62,962 nt of DNA from an uncultured bacterium. Its GTDB lineage: Bacteria > Patescibacteriota > Minisyncoccia > Phycocordibacterales > Phycocordibacteraceae. A program made the position numbers and the translations under genes. The stretch is from assembly GCA_903994795.1 (NCBI GenBank), contig CAJEYI010000001.1, positions 1-62,962 of the forward strand, given 5' to 3'. Within the stretch, counting starts at the first letter, position 1, and each line of letters starts with the position of its first letter. Shown one piece after another: positions 37,086 to 45,029 of the stretch. Under the pieces are notes generated by a model. That model did not search any database and was not told the origin of the DNA. It saw only the letters and a list, made by a program, of their open reading frames with translations.

Positions 37086-37619
37086 ATGATTACCAAACAA
37101 CAACAGCAATCAACATTCGAAACTCTAGGAAAGGAGTTTAAGTACACAAACGTAAATCAGTCACCAAAACTGATGAAGATTGTTGTGTCTTCAGGAGTTG
37201 GTTCAGCAAAGGACAAGGCACGCATCAAACTCGTAGAAGACCGCCTCATGCGCATCACAGGACAGAAGCCAGCAGCACGACTCGCAAAGCAGTCAGTTGC
37301 GCAGTTCAAGGTCCGTCAGGGCGATACAGTAGGCTTCCAGGTAACACTTCGCGGTACTCGCATGTATGAATTCCTTGATAAGCTCATCCATATCGCACTT
37401 CCTCGTACTCGTGACTTCCGTGGTCTAAATGCTACAGCAATCGATGACATGGGAAACATCACTATCGGTCTCAAAGAGCACTCAATCTTCCCAGAAGTAG
37501 CAGATGAGGACCTCAAGGACGTCTTCGGAGTAGCAATCACTCTCGTAACAACAGCAGGATCAAAGCCCGAAGCAGAAGCATTCTTCCGCCACCTCGGAAT
37601 TCCCCTAAAGACTGCGTAA
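37086..37619 (+). CDS. rplE: 50S ribosomal protein L5
   Basis: Motifs PRTRDFRG and GITI. Confidence 0.95.
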   Translation: MITKQQQQSTFETLGKEFKYTNVNQSPKLMKIVVSSGVGSAKDKARIKLVEDRLMRITGQKPAARLAKQSVAQFKVRQGDTVGFQVTLRGTRMYEFLDKLIHIALPRTRDFRGLNATAIDDMGNITIGLKEHSIFPEVADEDLKDVFGVAITLVTTAGSKPEAEAFFRHLGIPLKTA

Positions 37620-37639
37620 GTTTAAGTAAAGAAGTAGTA

Positions 37640-37667
37640 GTAAAAGCGCCCGAAAGGGCGCTTTTAC
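37640..37667 (+). terminator. intrinsic terminator after rplE
   Basis: GTAAAAGCGCCC-GAAA-GGGCGCTTTTAC. Confidence 0.8.
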
Positions 37668-37731
37668 TTTATAGATCAAACTTGGGGATTTGCTACGTAG
37701 CCATTGCTTGGTGGGATGCTAGTATTTACAT

Positions 37732-38958
37732 ATGAAAATTCAACCGCTCAAAGTATTTGTTTCTATGCCATTTACAGGTAAGACTTGGGAGAACCTTACT
37801 CAAGAACGTAAAGACCTGCATGTGCTCGCAGAGAAATACGGCATGGAAATGGTAGAGCAATTTATTGGATATCAAGGAAAGGAAGATTTCGAAAGTAAAT
37901 CTTATAATCCTTCATTTATTTTAGCGAAAGATAAGAATTTTATAAAAGAAGCAGATGTAGTAATTGCTGACTTCTCGTCACCTTCAGTTGGAACAGATTG
38001 TGAGGTAACTATAGCGAAAGAGTTATTTGATAAGAAGATTTATGGTGTGGTGCCACAGGAAAAGCGTCGACACATGTGGCTCATTTTCTATTGTGATTAC
38101 TTCTTTGATACGGTTGAGGATGCTTTTAAGCAAATTCAGAAAGACTTTGAAGGTAAGCACCAATTAGCACGTCTAGATAAGCGTCAGTATGACCCAATTG
38201 CAATTGAGTACAGACTAGTTGAAGAAACTCCTTCACAGAAAAGTATCTATGATCCAGCAGTAATCGAGTTTGTTCAGAAAGAAGCCGTAGGGAAAGATGT
38301 CATCGTTCTCCATGACGGTAGCGGATATCGAGCACGTCTCGCAAAGAAAAACGGCGCAGCAAAGGTAATCGGTATTGATATATCATTTAAGCAAACGCAA
38401 ATTGCTAAAGGTGAAGAGTTACGCGAGCCCCTTGGTATTGAATATCTAGTGCTTGACCCATACTCCCGAGACTTTGATACGGCAGTTCCACAAGAGCTAA
38501 TTTCATCTGCAGATGTGGTACTTGGAGCTTTTCTGCTCGATCACGCAATGGCATTGGATGAATTGGAATTAGTCGTTAAACACACAGCAATGCTCCTAAA
38601 GTCAGGAGGAAAGTTCTTTGGACTCTCTGATCACCCAGATGCACACATACCCACGGAGCCTAAATATGGAGTAGTTGTGAATCTTGATGAAGAAATTGAG
38701 AATACAGGTGATGGTACTCCGCGCCGCATATCAATATTTCAAAGTGTACCTGGGGGACAGATGGAAGTGCTACATTTCCATAATTTCCTTTGGACCAAGG
38801 AAACAGTTACACGTATTCTAGCTGATGCAGGATTTAAGGATATTGAATTCCACGTACCTGAGGTATCAAAAGAAGGTATTGAAGCAAGTGAGCCAGAATT
38901 CTGGGACGCGTATAAAGAGCATCCTACAACTATAGCTTTTACAGCAGTAAAGAATTAA
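37732..38958 (+). CDS. fusion protein: nucleoside 2-deoxyribosyltransferase-like domain plus class I SAM methyltransferase domain
   Basis: N-terminus: VFVSMPF ... ADVVIADFSSPSVGTDCEVTIA, an NDT/Rcl-like fold with a Glu. C-terminus: VLHDGSGYRA, VIGIDIS and LLKSGGKF, which are MTase motifs I, II and post-II. TGcTAGTAT lies 6 nt before the ATG. Confidence 0.6.
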   Translation: MKIQPLKVFVSMPFTGKTWENLTQERKDLHVLAEKYGMEMVEQFIGYQGKEDFESKSYNPSFILAKDKNFIKEADVVIADFSSPSVGTDCEVTIAKELFDKKIYGVVPQEKRRHMWLIFYCDYFFDTVEDAFKQIQKDFEGKHQLARLDKRQYDPIAIEYRLVEETPSQKSIYDPAVIEFVQKEAVGKDVIVLHDGSGYRARLAKKNGAAKVIGIDISFKQTQIAKGEELREPLGIEYLVLDPYSRDFDTAVPQELISSADVVLGAFLLDHAMALDELELVVKHTAMLLKSGGKFFGLSDHPDAHIPTEPKYGVVVNLDEEIENTGDGTPRRISIFQSVPGGQMEVLHFHNFLWTKETVTRILADAGFKDIEFHVPEVSKEGIEASEPEFWDAYKEHPTTIAFTAVKN

Positions 38959-38963
38959 TAACT

Positions 38964-39003
38964 AAAATGACAACGCCCCCGGTCTCATTTGAGACGCGGG
39001 GGC
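38964..39003 (-). terminator. terminator of GC-rich cassette A
   Basis: GCCCCCG(C)GTCTCA/TGAGACCGGGGGC stem, followed by TTGTCATTTT on the minus strand. Confidence 0.6.
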
Positions 39004-39028
39004 TTGAGGCCGAGTGACCGAGTGAAGC

Positions 39029-39280
39029 TCACTCGGTCGGGGGATTTGGCGCTGAAACGAGGCGCATGGCTTCGGGACATCCCGCAACGCCGATGACGCC
39101 GAAGATGATGGCTATCCAGCCGAAAAGGATCAGCTGGCCGGAGGTGTTGTCGAGTAGCACGGGCTGATGGTGAAAAATCTGCCACTGAATCAGGCCGTGG
39201 TCGAGAAGCTTCCCGACGTTCTCGGCAATTGCGCCGCCGGCGACTCCGATGAGGGAACCGGTAAGGGTCTTGGACATCAT
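39029..39280 (-). CDS. small Gly-rich two-TM protein (83 aa), GC-rich cassette A
   Basis: GGGAGA SD 6 nt before the ATG. 62 of 83 codons end in G/C. Hydrophobic segments GSLIGVAGGAIA and LILFGWIAIIFGVIGVAG. Confidence 0.5.
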   Translation of the reverse strand: MMSKTLTGSLIGVAGGAIAENVGKLLDHGLIQWQIFHHQPVLLDNTSGQLILFGWIAIIFGVIGVAGCPEAMRLVSAPNPPTE

Positions 39281-39324
39281 AGCTTGTCTCCCGGCTAGTA
39301 TCGCCTAATTGCGAACACCTAGCT

Positions 39325-39362
39325 CTAAGTATTATATATATCATAAATATTAATATTGTCAA
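39325..39362 (-). promoter_or_regulatory. consensus-like promoter of cassette A
   Basis: TTGACA (39362-39357), then an AT-rich spacer with TGaTATATA as -10. Confidence 0.55.
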
Positions 39363-39641
39363 ATCTTTTGCAGGTAACACGTGCCACCTTAAAAAGAATC
39401 ACTTATTTAAGATATGCAGAAGTAAAAATACAAATGCTTAATAAATTCTGTAATTTGACTTTAATATAGCTTTCAAACACTTAGTAAATTGGTGAATTCG
39501 CGAGGAGCTACGCAGTGCTATTTTTAGGGCTCTCGGAGCGCCACGGCGCGAGAGCGAGCTGATTTTCTAGCAAGAAAATACAGCGTACCCAAAAATGGCG
39601 TAGGTGCGGGCGAGCTACTTTCACCACGCCACTCTCGAAGT

Positions 39642-39670
39642 TTGACAGCGTAAACGCTTACTGATACATT
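39642..39670 (+). promoter_or_regulatory. candidate promoter restarting the spc operon at rpsN
   Basis: TTGACA, 17 nt, TACATT. Confidence 0.5.
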
Positions 39671-39699
39671 ACTTGAAGCTCCTCGGAGCGCTTTTTCGT

Positions 39700-39969
39700 A
39701 TGGCTAAAACCTCACAACTCGCTCGCAACCGCAAGAAAATCAAACTTGCAGAAAAGTACGCTGAAAAGCGGGCTGCTCTTAAGGCTGCTGGTGACTATGA
39801 GGGCATGCAGAAACTGCCTCGAAACTCATCCCCTGTGCGTATTAAGAACCGTTGCGCCATCTCAGGTCGAAGCCGCGGATACCTCCGAGCCTTTGGACTC
39901 TCACGTATCGTATTTCGTGAACTAGCTCGAGAAGGAAAGATTCCTGGTGTTAAGAAGGCTTCTTGGTAA
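39700..39969 (+). CDS. rpsN: 30S ribosomal protein S14 (long form)
   Basis: [10 protein letters not shown]...RNRC..SGRSRGY...SR pattern. Confidence 0.92.
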   Translation: MAKTSQLARNRKKIKLAEKYAEKRAALKAAGDYEGMQKLPRNSSPVRIKNRCAISGRSRGYLRAFGLSRIVFRELAREGKIPGVKKASW

Positions 39970-39990
39970 ATCTGAACAACTAACTACTTT

Positions 39991-40383
39991 ATGATCACTG
40001 ACCGCGTAGGAGACTTCATTATTCGACTAAAGAACGCTGGTGCCATTGGCAACCAGATCGTCTCTGTTCCTTATTCAAAGCACCTAGAAGCTATTGCAAA
40101 CAAGCTTAAGGATCTAGGATTCGTTGAACGAGTAGAGGTCTCAAAGAAGGGTCATGGATCACTTGAGGTTACCCTTGCCTATGACGCACAAGGAAAGCAC
40201 AAGATTCACGATGTAAAGCGCATCAGCAAGCCAGGTCGTCGTATGTACGTACCAGCTCGTGAGGCTCACACTGTGAAGAATGGTCTTGGAGCTCGCGTCC
40301 TTTCTACTCCAAAGGGAATCCTTTCTGATAAGGAAGCTCGAAAGGTACGTGCTGGAGGTGAGACACTTTTTGAAGTCTGGTAA
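39991..40383 (+). CDS. rpsH: 30S ribosomal protein S8
   Basis: DRVGDFIIRLKNA and a C-terminal GGE.L..VW. Confidence 0.95.
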   Translation: MITDRVGDFIIRLKNAGAIGNQIVSVPYSKHLEAIANKLKDLGFVERVEVSKKGHGSLEVTLAYDAQGKHKIHDVKRISKPGRRMYVPAREAHTVKNGLGARVLSTPKGILSDKEARKVRAGGETLFEVW

Positions 40384-40398
40384 TTCATTTCTATACTT

Positions 40399-40935
40399 AT
40401 GCCATCACGACTAGCTAAAAAACCAATACAAGTACCTACTAAGGTTAGCGTAACTGCTGGCGACGGTATTCTTTCTGTAACAGGACCAAAGGAAACTCTC
40501 ACAAAGACATACCACCCTTCAATTTCAATAGAAGTAACTCCAGAGGGAGTTGTGATCACTCCAAAGAACACTAGCCGACTTGCACACGCTCTCACAGGAA
40601 CATTTGCAGCTCACCTAAACGCGATGATGGCTGGAGTTGAGACACCTTTCAAGAAAGTGCTTATCCTAAAGGGTGTTGGATACAAAGTAGAACTTAAGGG
40701 AACAGACCTCGTCTTCAACGTAGGATTCTCACACCAGGTAACTCTTGCAGTACCACAAGGACTCACTGCAGCAGTTGAAAAGGGAACTATCCGCATCGAA
40801 GGAGCTGACAAGCAGCGTGTAGGACAGTTCGCAGCAGAAGTTCGTGCAGTGAAGCCACCTGAACCATATCTCGGAAAGGGAATTGCGTACGAGGGTGAAG
40901 TTATCCGACGCAAGCAGGGTAAGAAGTCCGTCTAG
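40399..40935 (+). CDS. rplF: 50S ribosomal protein L6
   Basis: Motifs SRLAKKPI and PEPYLGKGI. Confidence 0.95.
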   Translation: MPSRLAKKPIQVPTKVSVTAGDGILSVTGPKETLTKTYHPSISIEVTPEGVVITPKNTSRLAHALTGTFAAHLNAMMAGVETPFKKVLILKGVGYKVELKGTDLVFNVGFSHQVTLAVPQGLTAAVEKGTIRIEGADKQRVGQFAAEVRAVKPPEPYLGKGIAYEGEVIRRKQGKKSV

Positions 40936-40956
40936 TTCTGAAATCATAAAATTTTT

Positions 40957-41319
40957 ATGCCACAACTTCCAACAACAAAACTCAGCACAAAGAAAGAACT
41001 ACGTGATCGTCGTCACGCTCGTGTTCGCGCACGTATCTCTGGAACTGCAGAGCGCCCTCGCCTTGCTTTCTCTAAGTCAAACAAATTTGTGCAGGCACAG
41101 ATTATCGATGACGTAGCTGGACGCACACTCGTAGCGGCTCATGGTCGTGCAGTAAAAGGTTCACTTTCAAAGCAGGCTGAAACAGTTGGTGCAGAGATTG
41201 CAGCAAAGGCAGTAAAGGCTGGAGTAACAGCAGTTGTCTTCGATCGCGGAGGCTTTAACTACGAAGGACAGGTAAAAATGCTTGCAGATGCTGCCCGCGC
41301 AAACGGACTACAATTTTAA
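40957..41319 (+). CDS. rplR: 50S ribosomal protein L18
   Basis: RR..R.R..ISGT.ERPRL pattern and DRGG..Y.G. Confidence 0.93.
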   Translation: MPQLPTTKLSTKKELRDRRHARVRARISGTAERPRLAFSKSNKFVQAQIIDDVAGRTLVAAHGRAVKGSLSKQAETVGAEIAAKAVKAGVTAVVFDRGGFNYEGQVKMLADAARANGLQF

Positions 41320-41320
41320 T

Positions 41321-41974
41321 ATGACTGACACCGAAACAATTATGGATACAGAAACAGCAGCACCAGAAGTGGTAGTTGAAGCAGTAACTGCACCAGAGGC
41401 AGCAGCAGAAGCTCCTGCAACAGCAGTACGTCAGCGTCGCAATGGTCCTGGAGGCCGCACAGGTGGACGCCCACGTGAACGAGCTCCTCGTGAACGAAGC
41501 GAATTTGAGCAGGCAACTCTCGACGTACGTCGTGTAGCCCGAGTTATGGGTGGAGGTCGCCGTTTCTCTTTTAGTGTTACCGTAGTTATCGGTGACCGAA
41601 AAGGTCGCGTAGGTGTTGGTCTTGGAAAGGCTGCAGATACTGCACTTGCTATTGATAAGGCTGTACGTGCTGCAAAGAAGAACCTCATCACAGTTCCTCT
41701 AACAGCTGACAAGTCTATTGCACACAACGTAACAGCTCGATACGGCTCATCTGACATTGAGATTCGTCCTTCTCCAGGTCGCGGTCTTGTTGCTGGTTCT
41801 GCAATGCGTATCGTTCTTGAGTACGCTGGCGTAACAAACGTTGTTACTAAGATTCTTAGCCGCACAAAGAACAAGCTCACTATTGCTCGCGCAACAGTTA
41901 TCGCCCTCGAATCACTTCAGAAGCGACCGGCGAAAGTAGTTCGCGAAGTAGAGGCAACAGAAGTTGCAGCGTAA
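41321..41974 (+). CDS. rpsE: 30S ribosomal protein S5 (Ala/Glu-rich N-terminal extension)
   Basis: Motifs VRRVARVMGGGRRF and GVGLGKA. Confidence 0.93.
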   Translation: MTDTETIMDTETAAPEVVVEAVTAPEAAAEAPATAVRQRRNGPGGRTGGRPRERAPRERSEFEQATLDVRRVARVMGGGRRFSFSVTVVIGDRKGRVGVGLGKAADTALAIDKAVRAAKKNLITVPLTADKSIAHNVTARYGSSDIEIRPSPGRGLVAGSAMRIVLEYAGVTNVVTKILSRTKNKLTIARATVIALESLQKRPAKVVREVEATEVAA

Positions 41975-41984
41975 TCAATATTTT

Positions 41985-42431
41985 ATGCAAACAAACACAC
42001 TTAAACCAGCACACGCAAACATCACTAGTCCTCGAGTAGGACGTGGAGGAAAGCGCGGAAAGACTTCCGGTCGCGGAACAAAGGGACAGAACGCTCGTGC
42101 AGGTCACAAGAAGCGCCCAGAAATGCGTGACCTTATCAAGAAGATTCCAAAGCTCCGAGGTCATGGAAAGAACCGTTCTCGAACAGTTCGAAACAACCCA
42201 AGCTACACCCCAGTTAACATCGCAGCTCTCGAGCTCGCATTTAACGCAGGAGACGCAGTTACTCTCGCAACACTTACTCAGAAGGGAATCACGAGCACTC
42301 GTGGAGGTCGCGTAGGAAAGGTTAAGATCCTCGGATCTGGAACACTCACAAAGAAGCTCGACCTATCTGGTCTTGAAATCTCAGCTACCGCAAAGGCAGC
42401 AGTTGAAGCGGTAGGAGGGACGGTTCTGTAG
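41985..42431 (+). CDS. rplO: 50S ribosomal protein L15
   Basis: RVGRGGKRGKTSGRGTKGQ motif. Follows rpsE directly, so there is no rpmD. Confidence 0.93.
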   Translation: MQTNTLKPAHANITSPRVGRGGKRGKTSGRGTKGQNARAGHKKRPEMRDLIKKIPKLRGHGKNRSRTVRNNPSYTPVNIAALELAFNAGDAVTLATLTQKGITSTRGGRVGKVKILGSGTLTKKLDLSGLEISATAKAAVEAVGGTVL

Positions 42432-42469
42432 GAACCAATTACCTGCCTTGATCAAACACTTTTTACACC

Positions 42470-43747
42470 ATGATTACAAAGGCACTACACAAACTAAGAC
42501 TCGTCTTCACTGACTCGGCTATCCGCGCACGAATGCTTTTCCTTTTGGGAGCACTCGTCGTCTTCCGTTTCCTTGCTGCTATTCCAATTCCAGGAGTTGA
42601 TAAGAATGCACTTGCTTCATTCTTCCAGAACAATCAGTTCTTCGGACTCCTCAACGTCTTCTCTGGAGGTGGTTTTTCACGACTTTCAATTGTGATGCTT
42701 GGTGTTGGCCCATACATTACATCTTCTATCATCATGCAGCTTGCAACATTTGTATTCCCTCAGCTAAAGGAAATGCAGAACGAAGAGGGTGAAGCTGGAC
42801 GCACAAAGTTCATCATGTGGAGCCGAATGATTACTATTCCAATTGCAATTCTGCAGGGCGTAGCATTCCTTTCACTCCTTGAGTCACAAGGAATTATCGC
42901 AGGACCACTATCGTCACTCGCATTTGCTGCAAACGTCTTCCTCGTTGCGGGTGGATCAGTACTCCTTATGTGGATTGGTGAGCTTATTACTGAGTTTGGT
43001 ATCGGAAACGGTGTTTCACTCATCATCTTCGCAGGTATCGTTGCTCGACTTCCAGAAGGCATTTCTCAGACACTCTTCACGGCAACAACTGCTCAGATCC
43101 CTGCATACCTAGGATTCCTCGTTGTGGCAATCGCTGTCATCTACGCAGTGGTTGTGGTATCTGACGCTGAGCGATCAATTCCAATTGCATACGCACGCGC
43201 AAACCGAGCAGCAGCGCTTCAGAATGGTGGTGAGACATACCTCCCAATTCGTATTCTTCAGACTGGAGTTATTCCAATCATCTTCGCGCTTTCTCTACTC
43301 CTTCTCCCTCAGATGGCATTTACAGGCCTTACTGCAATCGGTATAAAGGGCCTCGCAGGAGCTTCAACATGGTACGCAGCATTCTCTGCAAACCTTCTTG
43401 AGTACGGTATCGTCTACTTCCTTCTTGTTATTCTATTCACCTATTTCTACACAACAGTTATCTTCGAACCTACACGTATGGCTGATAATCTCCAGAAATC
43501 AGGAGCATTCATTCCAGGTGTTCGTCCAGGAAAAGAGACTGAGAAGTACATCAGTGCAGTTGTGAACCGAATCACGCTTCCAGGAGCAGTCTTCCTCGGT
43601 TTCGTGGCGGTCATCCCATTCATTATTCAGGGTGTTACTGGTATCAGCGCTATTCTTGTGGGAGGTACAGCACTGTTGATTGCGGTGCAGGTGGTTCTCG
43701 ACCTTGTGCGAAAGGTGGATGCGCAGGCATCTTTGCGCGAATATTAG
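42470..43747 (+). CDS. secY: preprotein translocase subunit SecY
   Basis: 10-TM pattern, with the GVGPYITSSIIMQL and ITEFGIGNGVSLIIF motifs. Confidence 0.97.
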   Translation: MITKALHKLRLVFTDSAIRARMLFLLGALVVFRFLAAIPIPGVDKNALASFFQNNQFFGLLNVFSGGGFSRLSIVMLGVGPYITSSIIMQLATFVFPQLKEMQNEEGEAGRTKFIMWSRMITIPIAILQGVAFLSLLESQGIIAGPLSSLAFAANVFLVAGGSVLLMWIGELITEFGIGNGVSLIIFAGIVARLPEGISQTLFTATTAQIPAYLGFLVVAIAVIYAVVVVSDAERSIPIAYARANRAAALQNGGETYLPIRILQTGVIPIIFALSLLLLPQMAFTGLTAIGIKGLAGASTWYAAFSANLLEYGIVYFLLVILFTYFYTTVIFEPTRMADNLQKSGAFIPGVRPGKETEKYISAVVNRITLPGAVFLGFVAVIPFIIQGVTGISAILVGGTALLIAVQVVLDLVRKVDAQASLREY

Positions 43748-43773
43748 AATGCTTTAAAGATATAGAAGGGTAA

Positions 43774-43828
43774 GTAAAAAGCCTGAACGATTTCTCTAAA
43801 TTCTGACGAAATCATTCAGGCTTTTTAC
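43774..43828 (+). repeat. conserved-loop hairpin, copy 2 (21-bp stem with one C.A mismatch, loop TCTAAATTCTGAC)
   Basis: GTAAAAAGCCTGAACGATTTC/GAAATCATTCAGGCTTTTTAC, 27 nt after the secY stop. Confidence 0.85.
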
Positions 43829-43850
43829 GTTGCCTCACAGTTTACTTTTA

Positions 43851-44411
43851 TTACGCTTCAAGCCAGTTTTTGTATGAGTTTGTAATCATTTGAGCGACCT
43901 CTACGAGGGGGTATTTTGAGGTATCGATAACTAAGTCGAAAGGTGTTAAATCAAGCGCGTCTACATTATAGAGATTCATGTAACGTTTCTGCTCGCTGGT
44001 TCGGCGGTCAATTATATTGTTGTAAACTGCGTCTACAGAATCTCCACTCTCACTTACACGACCAGATTCTTGAATTTGTTTGTAAATTCGTTCAGCTGCG
44101 ATATGTGGGTCTAGGGAAAGATAGACTTTAAAGGAGTTCGGCATCCAGTGATATGCCATCCGAGAGTCGATAAGTAAATCAGATTCGTTCGCCATGTCTT
44201 GCAATTTCTTGTCTACCGCATGATCTATTTCGTGCTCAAGCTCTGCTTGCTGATTAATTTCTGTAATTGATACGCCTCGTTCTGCCGCAATTGATCTAAA
44301 GAGGTCTCCTGATGAGAAATGTCGGTATTCAAGGGTGCTTGCTACTAATTTCCCTGTGGAAGACTTTCCGCTTCCGAGTGATCCGGCAATTGTAATGATT
44401 TTTGTTCTCAT
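43851..44411 (-). CDS. cytidylate kinase-like (archaeal-type Cmk / AAA_18) P-loop kinase
   Basis: The P-loop GSLGSGKSS and the overall pattern resemble the Cytidylate_kin2 family. Antisense to the operon. Confidence 0.65.
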   Translation of the reverse strand: MRTKIITIAGSLGSGKSSTGKLVASTLEYRHFSSGDLFRSIAAERGVSITEINQQAELEHEIDHAVDKKLQDMANESDLLIDSRMAYHWMPNSFKVYLSLDPHIAAERIYKQIQESGRVSESGDSVDAVYNNIIDRRTSEQKRYMNLYNVDALDLTPFDLVIDTSKYPLVEVAQMITNSYKNWLEA

Positions 44412-44451
44412 GGTGCGATATTATGAATTTATTGCTATCATAACGGTATTC

Positions 44452-45027
44452 ATGGAACACGTAAATACAATACTTTTAATGGGGCGACCAGGTTCGGGAA
44501 AAGGTACTCAAACAAAGCTTTTATCAGAAGAGTTAAAGTGGATGCGAGCATCAACGGGAGACCGCATGAAGGAGATCCGAGACGGCAACGAGCCATTCTC
44601 TCCTCGCGTGCGAGAAATGTACGACAAGGGTATTTATTTGCCTAACTGGTTCGCTGACTATCTGCTCGAAGGGGCGCTTCTCGGTATAGACTCGCATGTA
44701 GGCATAGTGCTTGAAGGTTTCGGACGTACTGTGGAGCAGGCAGAGCACCTGGTTGAAATCGTCTCGTGGCTTGGACGAAAGCTCGTGATCTTTAATCTTG
44801 AGGTCTCAGAGGAGGAGGTGTTGAGGCGAATGCTTAAGCGCGCCGAGACTGTGGACCGACCAGACAGTAGTGATGAAGAAAAGGTCCGTGGCCGACTTCG
44901 TCAGTATGATGAGAATACCGCTCCTGCTGTCAGATACTTCAGAGAGTTTGGCTTGGTGGTGGATATAGATGGTGAGAAATCTCCTGCGGAAATTGCTCAG
45001 GAAATCGAGAAAGCGCTCGAAGGATAA
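44452..45027 (+). CDS. adk: adenylate kinase
   Basis: GRPGSGKGTQ P-loop. Position between secY and map. Confidence 0.9.
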   Translation: MEHVNTILLMGRPGSGKGTQTKLLSEELKWMRASTGDRMKEIRDGNEPFSPRVREMYDKGIYLPNWFADYLLEGALLGIDSHVGIVLEGFGRTVEQAEHLVEIVSWLGRKLVIFNLEVSEEEVLRRMLKRAETVDRPDSSDEEKVRGRLRQYDENTAPAVRYFREFGLVVDIDGEKSPAEIAQEIEKALEG

Positions 45028-45029
45028 TT

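Noticed and set aside
38985-39380. The 131-aa minus-strand ORF overlapping cassette A.
   Set aside because: The product is Arg/Ser/Pro-rich, typical of an off-frame read of a G/C3-biased gene. The 83-aa frame has the SD, hydrophobic helices and G/C at third positions.
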